A stretch of DNA of 64,000 nt from the human T2T-CHM13v2.0 reference genome, Homo sapiens. Location of the stretch: the NCBI RefSeq assembly GCF_009914755.1, contig NC_060934.1; one strand, written 5' to 3'. A program made the position numbers and the translations under genes. This document shows, piece by piece, positions 17,311-34,367 of this stretch (its first letter is position 1; every line of letters begins with the position of its first letter). The notes below the pieces were generated by a model. It saw only the letters and a list, made by a program, of their open reading frames with translations, made no database searches and was not told the origin of the DNA.

Positions 17311-17729
17311 ATGCATGTATACACCCACTTTTTTTTTTATAAAATAGACTGCAACTGGAGATACTGGTGTGTCCTATTTTTTGGTGCAGCGTCATAACAT
17401 AAGCATCTTTCTAGGCAATAAATTAACTTTATGCTGGCCTTCTTTTTTCAGTGGAGTATTAATTAAGCATCTTGTATGTGCCCAATATTCTGCTGGTTCT
17501 GGGGGAAGAAGGCCAGCCTACAGGAAACAACAGCTAACTCTTTAAGGCAGTGCATAAGTCCATTCATTTGCTTCACAAACATTCATTGAGCCCTGCCACG
17601 TGCCAGGCACTGTGGGTATCGTGGAGAACAAGACTACTGTCCGAGGCAAGAGCTGGGCTCCTCCTAGCTTCCTCTGTCCCCCTAACCTCCTCTCACCCAC
17701 AGGCATTGCTGGGGGTATTTTCCTGGGTT

Positions 17730-18215
17730 GGTTGGTTTGTTTTGTTTTTTGTTTTGTTTTGTTTTGTTTTTTTGAGACAGGGTCTCACTATGTTGCTCAG
17801 GATGGTCTCAAACTCCTGGGCTCGAGCAATCTCCTGCCTCGGCCTCACCGTGCCTGGCCGTTGTTTATTTATTTATTGTGGTCAAATGTACATAGCATAA
17901 AATTGACCGTTTTAACTATTTTCAAGTGTACAGTTCAGTGGCACTAAGTACATTCACACTGTTGGGTAACCCTCCCCACTCTTCCACTGCAGAACCCCTT
18001 TCATCTTGCAGAACCGAAACTGTCCCCATTAAACATCAACCCCCCGGCCCTTCATCCCAGCCCCTGGCAGACACCCTTCTGTCTGCCTCTATGATTTTGG
18101 CGCTCTGGGTACCTCATAGATAAGTGAGATTGTATAGTATTTCTCCTTTGGTGACCAGCTTATCTCACCAAGCGTGATGTCCTCTGGGAGCATCCGTGTG
18201 GAAGAGGTGCTAGCA
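17730..18215 (-). mobile_element. FLAM (17730-17858) followed by an L1MA/MB 3' end
   Basis: (GTTTT)n tail + Alu monomer; then aaattgaccgttttaactattttcaagtgtacagttcagtggcactaagtacattcacactgttg. Confidence 0.75.
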
Positions 18216-18477
18216 TCATTTTGACTTCTCAAACATCTCGTGGGTGTCACCTCCCCCTCTACCTCTCTGCCACTGCCTCGCTCAGCCACCTGCTCTCTCC
18301 TGGACCCTTGCAGAAGGGACTGACTGGGCTCCTGGCCTCCAGTCCTGCCCTCTTCTAATGTATTTTTCATACCACTTCCAAAGTGATAATACATTCCTCT
18401 TTTGAAATTTTAGATTTGGTTACTAAAGCAATACAGGTGTATGGTTACCAAAAATTCAAACAGTGTAAAAGAGAATA

Positions 18478-19094
<617 letters not shown>

Positions 19095-21049
19095 TTACCC
19101 AGCCTGCCGGCTCTGATAAGATGCTCGCCATGCTTCTCCCATGCTGGACTTGGGCCACGTCCTTGGGCATGAATCTTGGTCTATGTCCAGGTCGGTTCTG
19201 AATGAGCCAGCAGACTCCTCCCGGGGCTGCCCGGCTACATGGTTGAGGGCATCCTGGACACCAGCTTCAGCCACAGCTCCTGACCAGGCAGGTGCAGTGA
19301 AGCCGGGAGGTGTAGGTCAGTTCCTACCTCTCCAACCTGAGGTCCTGCACTTCCTGCAGCTGTTGGAAGGGATCGTATCCAATGGGAGCAAGAAAGTGTG
19401 CTCCCCCACAGCCCCACTCAGGCATAAAGGGCCGAGGGGCAGCCAGGCCTGTCCTGGCTAGGGCTGGCTCAGAGTCTGTGGCAGCCCCACCCCTGCCAGG
19501 CTGGCCCTTAGCCCCAAGATCCACCTATGGCACTCGCCCCTTTACAGCTACGTGGACATCCACTGACACTCAGGTGACACACCTTTGCCTGCTTCTACTC
19601 AGTCTTGGCAGCAGTTGGACAAAAGGAAATCAAAGATCGGTTCTTTCTTGGGAGAGGAAGAGCAAGCTGGAGCCCTGGGGTGCTCAGATGCTCTTGGGAG
19701 TAACATAGCCCCATAGCCCCGGGGCTATACTGGGTGCAGGGGGGTGGAGGTGGTGGGGGAGCTGCAGCCAGGCATTCATTCACTTCCCGTTCTTTCATTC
19801 CTGCTCTTCTTTTGCTCACTGACTCATTCAGCAGCCTCTGGGCTGGGCGTTTACTCTCCTGTCAGGCAACACACTCCTGATTGGGTGGCCTTGGCCTTCC
19901 CAAGCTGTCTCTGGCTGTCCCCAAGTGAAACGGAATCTGGGCTGGACAGGCCACCGGATGGACAAGCTCTTCTCATCTAAAACCAAGGCAGTTGACATTG
20001 TGGGCTAAATGATAAGAACAAAATTAAAAAATAAAAACCAGGCAGGCTGGCATAGGAGCTCCATTTCCCTGCCCTACTGTGCCAGTGGCCTGGGGGCTCC
20101 CCTGCCGCCTCTCTCCACTCTGCAGATTCTGAGAAAACTCACAAAAGAGCCCACTCCAAGGTGTTTGGCAACAAGGTGGGGGCAGCCTCCCAGCACCCAG
20201 CACACATGGAGCTTTCCCGCAGTGGGTTTCAGCGCTCCCACTCTGCCTCGGAGCTACTCTGTCACCAGCTCTTGCCCTCCCTTGGCTCCTCTTTCCCATG
20301 CAGCTCCTCCTCCAGCTCGTGGGAAAGGCCGAGAGGCCGGGCCAGCAACAGCTGAGCATCCCCTCAACCTCTCCCTACCCCACCCCACCCCACTGTGCTC
20401 TTGGCCCCAGGCAGGCGAGGGGAGTGGAGTTTTGCTGCCTGATGCAATGTCTGGCAGGGCCGTCCCTTATCACAGCCGACTTGCTGGGACCCCCACCTTC
20501 CCCGGGGGAGGCCGGAACAGGCCGCAGTCCATTTTGGGCCTCAGTGGAAGGGCCTGGTTGGAGGCCATCCAAGTAGAAAACTCGTTCTCTGGGAGGCACC
20601 TTGCCAAGTCACGAGGGAGGCCTGAGCAGAAAGACCCCTGGGGGAGAGAAGGGAGGGAAGCCGAAGCCTCACTTGCTGGGGCTTGCCTGGCCTCAGCTCG
20701 CAGCCCCCTTTTTCCACAGCGTTCTCTCCCTCACATTTGTCTGCAGATGGCTTAGGCTGTTTTCTGCCCTCCCCCTTGTTACCCCACAGCTGTGAGAGGC
20801 TGGATGGAAACAAGAATTCAAGAGACTAAAGTTATGTGCGGTCCCAAGTGTGAAGTTTTGCCCACAGTTGGTGGCCATGGTTCGCACCGTGGTCCCAGCA
20901 CACGCCCTCAGCATGCACCTGTGGCCCACACGCTCATGCTCACAGCCACTCATGTATGGAGCAATTGCCTTTTTTTCTTCCTCTTCATATCTTCTGTCAA
21001 CTTAGAACGATTAAGCATCTTGCAGTAGGCTCAATGCTTTGGGAAGGAC

Positions 21050-21560
21050 ATTGATTCGTTCATTCATTCATTCATTCATTCAGCAAGTATTTATGAAGCA
21101 CCCACTCTGTGCCAGGTACAGTTCTGGGCACTGGAGATGCAAGGGTGGAGCAGACAGATGAAGCTCTCCTCTCCCGGAGTCAACGTTCTGGGGGATGAGA
21201 GGCCATCAGCAAGTGCATTTCCATCTATGAAGGGAGTAAAGCAGGGCGCCAAGAGGGAAAGTGATGGGGGTGGCCCACATTAGGTCAGGGGTCAGGGAAG
21301 TACTCCAGAGCTGGGGGGGCATTTGAGCTGAGTCCTGATTGCTTAGAAGGAGCCAGCCAGAGCAGATCTGGCCCGGGCAGAGGTACCAGCTGATGCAGAA
21401 GCCCCCAGGTGGGGAGTGGCAGGAAGGGCCAGGGTGGGGGTGTTGGGAGAAGAGGTGGGAAGGGTGAGCAGGGTCTGGATCTTGAAGGCCCTTACAGGGC
21501 TTTTATTTTACCAAGTAGTGCATAGAGTGTTTGAAGCAGAAGCTGCCTTATTGTCTGTGC
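21050..21560. mobile_element. L2 3' fragment with (TTCA)n end
   Basis: ttcattcattcagcaagtatttatgaagcacccactctgtgccagg. Confidence 0.75.
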
Positions 21561-22289
21561 CTCCGAGAAGTTTCCATGTGGCTGAGAAGCTGGGTGGCAG
21601 CACAGTTATAATCAGTGCTCAGGTGTTCCCCTGTCTGGGTGGCTGCCCACATGTGATCCCATAGAAGAGGCTGGGCCTGAGGAAGCCAGGGAAGCAGGAG
21701 GGGGTGTGGGGAGGCCAGCAGGGGTGTGGGCCTCAGCGGGGAGGGAGGAGGTGATGCAGCATGGAAGATGAGAAGCCCACACCAGCCACACTAGGCCCCC
21801 AGGAGATTGTGGACGCCGTCGGGAGCATTATTCGGTGGAGGGGTGCGGGGCAGAAGCCAGATGAGACAGCTGGGAGGTGGCAGGCAGGTGAGAATGTGAG
21901 ACAGAGGGAGGACAGTGATTTGAGAACTGTATCGTAGGTGGGATAGGAGTCCACATCCCAGCCAGCACCTAGAAGGTTGGGCTGGCTCTGCCCAGGGCCT
22001 GGCACGTGGTGTGCACTCACCAGATGGTCGCCGCCCTGAAAGAACTCAGCACTGTGCCTCTTTTCCTGCCTCTGGTGTTTGCTGTCAATATGCAGAGTGC
22101 TGGACAAAACTGGGCCAAGGGAGCTGTCCCACTGCCTGCTGCCCTCAAGCAGAGCTGACCTGGCACATGCCTCTGGCATACTTCCTGTTGGCCCTGGCAC
22201 CCTGCAAAGAGGCCCCCAGTGGGCCCAAGCAGGGGATACCACCCGTTCCTTGGGCTGTTATGTAGTTGCTGGGGCATTGAGGGGATGAA

Positions 22290-22616
<327 letters not shown>

Positions 22617-23879
22617 TGAGTACTAGGGGCTAGGAGGGACCAAGAGAAGGAGGAAGAGATTTTTCGGTTCTACCCATGAACTAAGCAAGGGAGGCAGGCC
22701 TAGCCCTTGCACCATGGAAGTGGGAGAGAAGTGATACAAAGGTGTATCTGATGTCACAGGTGTCACAGGCCTGCTTCTTGTAAAGGGCCTCCTGCATGGT
22801 GAGTTCTGCGTGGGGCTTTGCTGAGTAACCCCCATCCGGGCTCTATCCCCTTCCCTCATGGCCCTGTGACTTCCTGGCACCATGACCCTCTCCCCGCTTC
22901 TGGCTCTGGGAAGCTCCAAACCTCTCTCACCTGCCTGCCCACCTGCCTGCTAGGTTTCCAAAGCTAAACAGAGGGGCAGCTGTCTGGGCAGGGCAAGGGA
23001 GCCAACAGCCTGCCTGGGTTTCCTGTCCAAGTGTCCAGCTTTGCTTCTTCCTCTTAGGGCAGCGTCAAGAAGGATCTTAGGAAAGCTGTGTTGCTCTGGG
23101 GATGAGGAGGCTGGAACAGCAACTTAAAAAAAGAAATAGTCCCTGGAAGGGAGGGAAGGAGAAGGTTCAGAGGCTTGTCATTTAGGCACCCCAACTTCTA
23201 TACCTTACCAAGGTGCCAGGCCCAGAGGGAAGGGGGTAGCCAGGGCAGCTCCCCGACCCGCACCTGCCTTTTCACCCCTCTCCTATTTCACAAGCATTTA
23301 CCATGCATCAACAGATATGTTCCTCACAGCACCTTTATCAGCAGGGACTGCCCTTTTCATGCTACAAACAGGCCCAGAGAGGTTGTCACTTATACAAGGT
23401 TGCACAGCATGGTAGAGACACAGGAAGGACTAGAGCCCAGGACTTCTAACCCTAGCTCCTTCTGCTTCCCTCACATCATCAGCTCCAGACAACCTGAGAT
23501 TGGAGAGGACAGAAAGTCAGGATTTCAACACCTCGTACTCTGAAAACTCAGTGGTGGTTCTCACCCTGTCAGTGGGGCAGGTGGCCTCACACCCCACCAC
23601 AGGCTAAACAGGGTGCATGGGGGACGTAGCCCCACTGGCCATTCTACACATTCATGCCAACAGCTACCAGGCACCAGCCTCACCATTGATTTTTGGACAG
23701 CTGGTCTGTGCCAAGTGCCATTCTAGATGCGAGTCCCGACTTTGGGGTGCTTGCATTCTGGGAAGGGAGATGGTCAGCCAGAAAGCCCCACCATAGGAGC
23801 TAGGTTGGGGGTCCCCAAGGTACACCAAGAAGCTCAAGTGACCTGGACCTGGGAGGGGTGGCCAGAGGCTTCTGCTGGA

Positions 23880-24180
23880 GGAACCTTAGGTCAGTTACCT
23901 AACCTGTCTCAACCTCAGTTTCCTCACCTGTAAAATGGGCTAGTTGCTGCCTCACAGGGCTTTGCTGAGGATTTGATGAGTGCAAGTGCTTAGCATGGCA
24001 CCTGGCACAGAGAAATATGCACTCAGTAAACTTAAGCTGCCCATATCATTGGTTGGCCCTCCCAACCAGAGTGCAAGCCCCGGGAGGGCACAGACCATAC
24101 CTGCTTGTTCACCGCCATATTTTCAGTGCCTAGGCCAGAAGCCAGCACAAGGTAAATGCTCAGAAAATATTAACTTAATA
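23880..24180. mobile_element. MIR followed by an L2 fragment
   Basis: cctcagtttcctcacctgtaaaatggg; ...cagtgcctaggccagaagccagcacaaggtaaatgctcag. Confidence 0.65.
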
Positions 24181-24251
24181 AGTTCATGAGAAAAGGCCCA
24201 GGAAAATTAGGAAGAGGCAGGACTATTCCAGTTAGGAATAGACTCTCCTAT

Positions 24252-25022
<771 letters not shown>

Positions 25023-25579
25023 TACATACTATTTCAGTCGAGGGTCATTTTTTCCTTTATCCATCTGTTGTTCACCAACTGTGTATCTCTTGCCTGGCCC
25101 AGGATTGAGAGATAATGAGGGGCCCAGATGAACTCCCTGTCCTGCCTGAAGGGATGTTCAGTATTGAACAATTGTTGCTTTATGGCTTTATGACAAAGTC
25201 CCAGGTGCTCATGATAATCTTTGTACAGTGGTGGGGCTGTAGGGAGCCCTAACATAGCCTGGGGGAGGCTGCCTAGAAAGTGGAGACCTGAAGGCTGAGG
25301 CCATGTTAAGGATTTAGGTAGAATTTATGCGCTATGATATTTTTTTCTTTCGTTAATTTTTTATAATTTACGTATACACATGGTAAAATGTGTAACAAGG
25401 CACAGTGTTACATAGCAAACATAAGCCTCACTCCACCTTCTCTCTCCACCTACCTGTCCACCTTCTAGATGCAGCCATTGTTACCAGGCCTTGCGTTTTC
25501 CTGCAGCCAGAGTCCATTTGTATCCCGCATCTATATTTTCTTCCCGGCATTTGTTTCTGAATGGGAGCTTGCTACATCG

Positions 25580-26090
25580 GAGTCTCTCCACCTTGGATGA
25601 TTTGTCACCCCCCACCTTCCCACCCCAGGAGACACTTAGCAATGTCTGGAGATATTTGATGGTTACAGATGAGCAGTGGGGGCCAGGCGTGGTGGCTCGT
25701 GCCTATAATCCCAGCACTTTGGGAGGCCGAGGCAGGTGGATTGCTTGCACTCAGGAGTTCAAGACCAGGCTGGGCAACATGGCAAGACCCCATCTCTACA
25801 AAAAATTTTAAAAATTAGCTGGGTGTGGTGGTGTGCACTTGTGGTGACTAAGGGGGCTGAGGTGGGAGGATCAATTGAGCCTGGGAGGTTGAGGCTGCAG
25901 TAAACTATGATCGTGCCACTGCACTCCAGCCTGGGCAACATAGTGAGACCCTGTCTCAAAAACAAACAAACAATTATTGGCAATTAGTGGGTAGAGGCCA
26001 AGACTGCTGTCAAACATTCTATAATTCACAGGACAGTCCCCACTTACCTGGTGGAAAATGTCAACAGTGCTGAGGTTGGGAAGCCCCGTC
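25580..26090. mobile_element. MER20 interrupted by AluJ (25681-25970)
   Basis: gcaatgtctggagatattt...tagtgggtagaggccaag...acaggacagtcccc...aaaatgtcaacagtgctgaggttg. Confidence 0.8.
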
Positions 26091-26116
26091 CTGCATAAGC
26101 ACAGGGTCTGCACCTT

Positions 26117-26154
26117 TGTGTGTGTGTGTGTGTCTGTGTGTGTGTGTGTGTGTG
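26117..26154. repeat. (TG)n microsatellite ~400 bp upstream of exon 2
   Basis: Direct sequence. Confidence 0.9.
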
Positions 26155-26568
26155 TTCTCATGTATTTTCTGGATCATTCACATTTATACATCCACCTCAT
26201 TATTCTTTGTGGCCACATAAAAATCCATTACCTGGATGCTCCACCATTTTCATTTAGGTGTTTGCACTCTTTTTGCTATTATAAACATTTATGCTACAAA
26301 GGTTATTCTTTTCCGTGCACAGGCCTTTGATGTGTGAGGTCAAGGGAGAAACTGATGGAGGTGGGATGGATGAACCCGATGGTTCATTAGCATTTTAAAT
26401 GACCTATTAAAGAGACCTTCAGTGTCTCTGGGGCACAGTCTGTCTGGAGAGTGGGTCTGGGGTCCTGGCTGCTAACCAGGGCCGAGATCCTCAAAAGTCT
26501 GGTGGAGAGACATCCTCTGCATTCCTCGTGTACAGACAAGGGTGTTCTGACCACCTGTCTCTCCGCAG

Positions 26569-26816
<248 letters not shown>

Positions 26817-26984
26817 TGAGGGTTGCAAGCCCAAGTCTTCATCTTCCTTTCAAGGTGGGGTGGGTGGGGACAGGGAGGTAACTGCAGGGCTCTCTGTGGA
26901 CCTGCAAATGCATTCCTTCAACGAGCCATCCCCAGGCCCCTTCTATGTCCCAGGCAGTGGCTCCTGCACACGTCCTCATGACTG

Positions 26985-27230
26985 CACAGGGGTGAGACTT
27001 GGGCTCTGGACTCAAACAGCCTGGGTTGGAGCCCCCCCATGTTGGCCCTCTACAGCTGTGAAAGGTTAGACAAGATACTTAACATTTCTGAGTCTTCGGT
27101 TCCTCTTTTGTAAAACATGGCTAATAATGGGACCAGCATTGTTGTAAAGATTAAATGAGAAAATGTAAAAGCATTTAGCCCACTGCCTGGCACATAGTTG
27201 GTGTCCAGTATTTGCTGGCTGTGACTATTA
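26985..27230. mobile_element. MIR in intron 2
   Basis: gggctctggactcaaacagcctgggtt...gttgtaaagattaaatgag...cctggcacatag. Confidence 0.75.
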
Positions 27231-27699
27231 CTGTTAATTTACCTCCTGGCCTTGCATTAGCAGCACATCCCCTATAGAAGTCTTGATGTCACTGAGCCCA
27301 TGGAAAGGCAAGGTCCTAGTATGGATACTCTGATGGGCAAGGCTGCCAATGTGCAGCTGCCAAGTTGTGTACTGCTCAACTCCAGGGGCATGTCCCTCAA
27401 ATAGGCTAATCTGGGAACGCCCCTTTACCCCTTTGAATTGGCAGCATACAGCTATGTGCAGTGGGCCTGTTAGATGTAGAAAGATTTCTTAGCCTGTTCT
27501 CCTCCCAGGCACAAGCCCTGCAAGAAAGCATTAGCTAAGATGGGTGGGTCAGGGATTGGGCAATATAGTGGACACCGTCAATCCCCCCCCTTGGGTCACT
27601 GAGCAAGGACCGTTCTAGCTTGTGCCTATTGGGTTCTACTGCAAGCCCCTACAGCTCTGCACCTGAGAGCTTTCTCTCCACTGGCACACTGGCAAGCCG

Positions 27700-29500
<1,801 letters not shown>

Positions 29501-32500
29501 AGGGCCATCACACCCAGACCCAACGGGTTGCAGCCTCCTGAGCAGGCCTAGGCAGGCCCGGGCCTGTTGGCAAGCTTCGATCTCACACACACAGAAACAT
29601 ACATTCGTGCCTGGAGACCCTGCAGGCCAGAGTCCAAATATTTAACAATCAGAAGGGGCAAGGCTCTGACCAGTGACAGTCAGACCTCCTGCTTTATTTG
29701 GTGTTAACCGTTTCTTGTCTGGATGGTGAAGTCTGGAATCTGGGTGGGTCCTTGGAGGAGGGGCTAGGACAGCCGTGGGTGTCAAAGGTGGCATTTGAGG
29801 CTCGTTTGAGGTGACAGTGGCTGTTTACCAACTAGTACAGAGCGATTCAGCGTTTTCATGAATGGGTTGGCTGTGCTGGTTACTGATGAATATGGGCCCC
29901 TTATAGAGCTGCAAAACACACACATGCGTATAGACATACATACATGTACACCATACATAGACAAGCATCATAAAGGCACAAGTGCACACACATCTATGCA
30001 GACAAGCTTCCTCGCTGCTTATGCCCACAGGGTTTTTCTGTATGACACACCTCAGAGGAGCCTGTGCTTAACATTTGTAGGATTATTTCGAGGGCAGGGC
30101 AGGGGAAAGAAACGCGTTAAAGGGCCATGACATGACACAGTTCCCTGGCCGGGTTTGGACTGAACAGTGGATTCAGAACTGCAGCGTTCAAAGCCCCTGC
30201 CCGCCTTAGATTCTCATGGCTACCTCCTCTGACCCATCCACATCCTTGCGGCTGGCAGGCAGGATGTTTTGAAATGGTGCAGCCAAAGGCCCCGTCTAGC
30301 TTGGCTGGCTCCCGAACATGTCCATATTTGAAGGCTGCCTCAGGCCTGGCAGGCAGAAGCAGCTGTGGTCCCTGGAGGCAAAAGGCAGCTCACGGGGCCT
30401 TCCATTTCCAGCCAGGCCTCATCTGGGGTAGGGCCAAGAGGAAAGTACAGAGTGCCCGTGGGGGAGAAGTCCCACCAGGATGCCCCCCCTCCCCTGAGAA
30501 GCCCGCCTTCTCCCTCGTGGACAGGAGTCAGCCAGTTGGTTGCTGTGGTTACAGCCAGTGCCTGGAATTCCTCCTTAGGGCCCTGGGAAGAGTATTGCTT
30601 AACGCAGGATGTGCTGGGTGTTTTGTTTCGGGCTTTTATTTATGGCTTGGTGTCTTTCTTGTTTCATGGCTGTGTTTTTGCTTTTGTTTCTGTAGGAGCG
30701 CCTCTTCCAAGCAGTGGAGGCCTGAGGGCTTGAGGGAGGCTGGGGAAAACCAGCAGGGAGCACTTGGCTCCTGGCAGAGGGAGAGGACAGGAGGAGGAGC
30801 CTTCCCCAGGAGGAACGAGGAGAGGTGGCCACGTGGCAGGCCACAGTGCCCTATGGGCTTTTCTGTTTGAACCCCATGTGGGATGAATCTCAAAGCCACC
30901 AGCGTTCTTGCCTAGTGTCCAGAGCAGCAGAGATTTGCAGCCCTCGCCCCTCCCTGAGAAGAAGCTGGATTTGAAAATCCCTCACAGGCCCTAACATGTT
31001 TCCTGGGTGGGCAGGGGCCTCATGACAAGCGACAAGTGTACCCAGAGTAGAAGGCCTTCCCCACTCCCACCTCAAACCCAGGAGCAGAACTCAGTATCCA
31101 GAGCTTACAAGGAGCTGCAAGGGTTTGCCGAGGGCTGCCCAGCTCTGCTTCTGGTTTCCTGGACAATTTCTCTGTCAGATACGGCCCATTGTAAACCCAG
31201 AGGGCTGCATTTTGGGTTGAGTAATATGGACACCATGGAAGTACAGGATCTGAGTCCAACATTGCCATGGGGGAGGGAAGAGTGTGTCCTGGCAGGAAGC
31301 CACCATTGGAGAAGGTGAGGCCAGTAACCATCTCATGGGATTCGCTATAATCAGCCTATTTGAGCTGCTGGGTCTCTGTCACTGTGGACTCCAGTCATTC
31401 AAGGAGGTCTCCACTCTTGGGTTTTTTTTATTTTCTTTTCTTTTGCTATTTTGCCTGAACACCCCAACACTCTTGGTTTTAGAGTCCAAGAGTAAGTTGT
31501 GCAGAGACATGGTTCTAATTTGGAGTTCAAAGGAACACCAGCTCTGAAAACATGACCGTGGGGCCAGGATGTTTCTGGCAGGCCCAGAAGTGCTGGCCGT
31601 TCTTCCCCAGCCTCCCCACTGCTCCCTCCTCTGTTCCCCATGTGGAGGTCGGAGGGGCTGGGACTGGGGAGGGGGCAGCCACCTCCATCCAAGGCTCTTC
31701 CTAGGGGCCCTGCTAATGTGGACAGTAGACTTTATCCCTCCTTCTTACTCTGGGCCAAGACCTCCCACTCCGCCCTCTGAGGATGGTACCAAGAATGGGC
31801 CTTTGGGACTTCTCAGGACATTGACAATGTGCACACTGCAGGTTGACTTAATTTATTTATTTTTTGAAAAGAAGAGACAGAAAATACCTTATTATCTGCA
31901 GGGACTCAAAGCTGTACCCAAATCAAGAAAGACAAAATAACAATAGAAACCATTCACACACTCCGTTCATGCATGGACACCAGAAGACGATTCAGAACAC
32001 AAGAGGAGAATGAGCTGGAGCGCCAGCACCACGATGGCCCCAGGACGTTGTTTAAGATCTGAGATCCCTTGGTTTCTCTCTTGTTGATCTGAGATGCTAC
32101 ATCAGGGCCCTTGCTGCTGTATTACCTCTGCCCGGGTGTTTGAGACAGGTCACAAGCGCGTGGATGTTTCCTGGAAGTGTATTCCCCTGGGGCTCAGCGA
32201 TGCTCTGGGAACCCTTGGGGTTTGGGGAAGGACAGTGTGGTGTGACTATTGGCTTGAAACGTTATGGATATGGTTGGAGTCACCCATGTGGATATGATTT
32301 TCAGCTTGGAGCTGGGATGGAGAAGATGGAAGCACTGGTGGCCGGGCCTCTTTTTCCAGCGAGGCCAGCCCTGGCTTCTCCTCTGTTCCAGCTTGTCTGC
32401 CAGAAGCCTTCCCCTGCAAGGTGCCCACCTGCCCGGAGACAGAGGGAGCAGCTGAGGCCTCTCTCCACTGGCCGCCAGCCTCCCTAGCACAAGGGGACCA

Positions 32501-33199
32501 TTCAGCAATGAGTGTTTACTCATGTTCTTTCTTGTTGATGAGTTCTGCGGCCCAGCATATAGAAATGGCTCAGAACGTTCCAGGCCTTGGTGAGACACAG
32601 CAGCGTCCAATGCTCACAGGCTGTCCCCACTCTGCCTGTTCCCATCTTCCCCTCGGGACCTGTTTATAAATTGAGGAATGGATGAGGGCCCTGGAGGGTC
32701 CTTGGGAGTAGTTAGTGGAGGGCAGGATTCTCAGGTCCCCATAGAGAGGGAAAGAGAAGACCAGATGTGCATAGAAGCCAGTCTCTGTCACATACACCGC
32801 AGGTGGTCACCGAGTTATTTTCCAAAAGCTGAGGAACATAAAGCAAATTTAGGCTTTTGTCCTTCTGCAATACATGCACTTGAAAATAAACAGAAAAGAG
32901 ATGTTTAATAACAAGTTTACTTCCGGTCTGCTAGCACCCTCAGCCTGGGAGCTACTGCCAGAGGCTGGCGTAGTGGGGCAGCTGCTGACCAAACCCCACA
33001 GAACAGAGGGCACCAGGCATCACACGACATCTTTCCCTCCCATCTCTGCCATCTGTCTGTCTGGCAATGGAAGGAGCTTCAGCAGGAGGTCCTTCCCAGA
33101 AGGTTGATTCTTGGCCTGGGTGGTAGAGGAGATATCCTGACCCTAAAGTCTTCCAGCCCCGGGTCATCCTCTCCTATACTAGGGCCTATTGACCGTAGA

Positions 33200-33308
33200 G
33201 GCCAGGTGCGGTGGCTCATACCTGTAATCCCAGCAGTTGGGGAGGCCAAGGTGGGAGGATTGCTTGAGCCCAAGAGTTGGAGACCAGCCTGGGCAACATG
33301 GTGAGACC
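33200..33308 (+). mobile_element. Alu left monomer/FLAM in the CHST3 3'UTR
   Basis: ggccaggtgcggtggctcatacctgtaatcccagc...gagacc; flanking attgac(c/t)gtag. Confidence 0.85.
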
Positions 33309-34361
33309 AATTGACTGTAGGGCTTGTCCCTTGCTAAGACAGGAGCAGAAGACTGGATGGCTGTGTCCTCAAGGCAGTCCCCTCCCATCCCCATTCCCAA
33401 AGTCAGAAAGTGAAGCCAGATCTCAAGGGCTGATACCTGAGGCAAGGAGAGCTAAGGGGAGAGAAATTGGGGCTGAGTGGAAGCAGATGCCTGCACAAGC
33501 CAAGTGTGTCTTATTGATCTGTACAAGCTGATAGAAGGACCATCTGCTGAAATCCAGGGCTCCTGAGTTGGTGGGTTTGCTTGTGAAGCTTCTAGGACAA
33601 GGCGCAGCCAGATGGAAGGGAGAGGGTCCAGGGCTTCCTAAATGCAGCCGCATCACCTGTCAACTCGCTGCAGTTTCAGAGACAGTGGAAGCTGCTCTTT
33701 ACCTCAAAAGCACAAAGCAGAATTGGCAACTTCACTTGTCTCAAGAGCTCCAAGATCCTTTGGTCTCGTGTCCTTTGGCACCCCGTAACTGGACTGGGGA
33801 CAAATTTGTTACGTGTTTCCAAGGCTACAGACATGGCGCCATCCTCACAGGCCTAGCTCATGTCATGGATCAGGTGCTTTGCTGGGGGGATACAATGACC
33901 CATGTGGTCTGCGTCTTCTGCCATTGGCTTGAACTGGGCACCCCCTGAAGTCTCCATCTCAGCTGTATATTCTAGTCCAAATTTTCCTGGCTCCCCTGCT
34001 CCCTCCCAGGTCCTGCACACTGTCTTTTTGCCAACACCTCAGCCCTGTTTGCTATTTCATGTCTGCATGGTACGAGACACCCCTTCACGGCATACACTGC
34101 CATGGTATGTACATATGCATCCACGTGTGTGTATGTGTAGCATGTAGCTCATTCTGCTCAGCCTCTGGCGCCGTTCCACATTGCTCCCAGCCCCATTGCT
34201 GTCACTGTCGTCCCAGATGTCCTTGCCATGGCCACAGACAATCTGCCGTCTCCTGGAAACGCTGGGGCTGCCCTTCAGAGAGCTGGCAGCCCCAGCAGTC
34301 AGGGCCTGCTTTGCAGAATAGAATGTGAACCCAACTCCTGATGGCCTACTTGACTTATTTA

Positions 34362-34367
34362 ATTAAA
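34362..34367 (+). terminator. Probable distal poly(A) signal ATTAAA
   Basis: U-rich upstream (ttattta); GU/U-rich downstream gtgtctctgccttttcctttgcatttgtt at ~34400-34430; repeats resume shortly after. Confidence 0.7.

Noticed and set aside
19160-19375. Resemblance of minus-strand PFQ... and MPKD... words to histone H3
   Set aside because: Spacing (~200 nt vs ~160 nt) and the intervening sequence do not fit H3; likely coincidence.
20009-20755. 248-aa ORF in intron 1
   Set aside because: Pro/Ser/Ala/Gly-rich chance ORF in GC-rich DNA with no recognisable domain.
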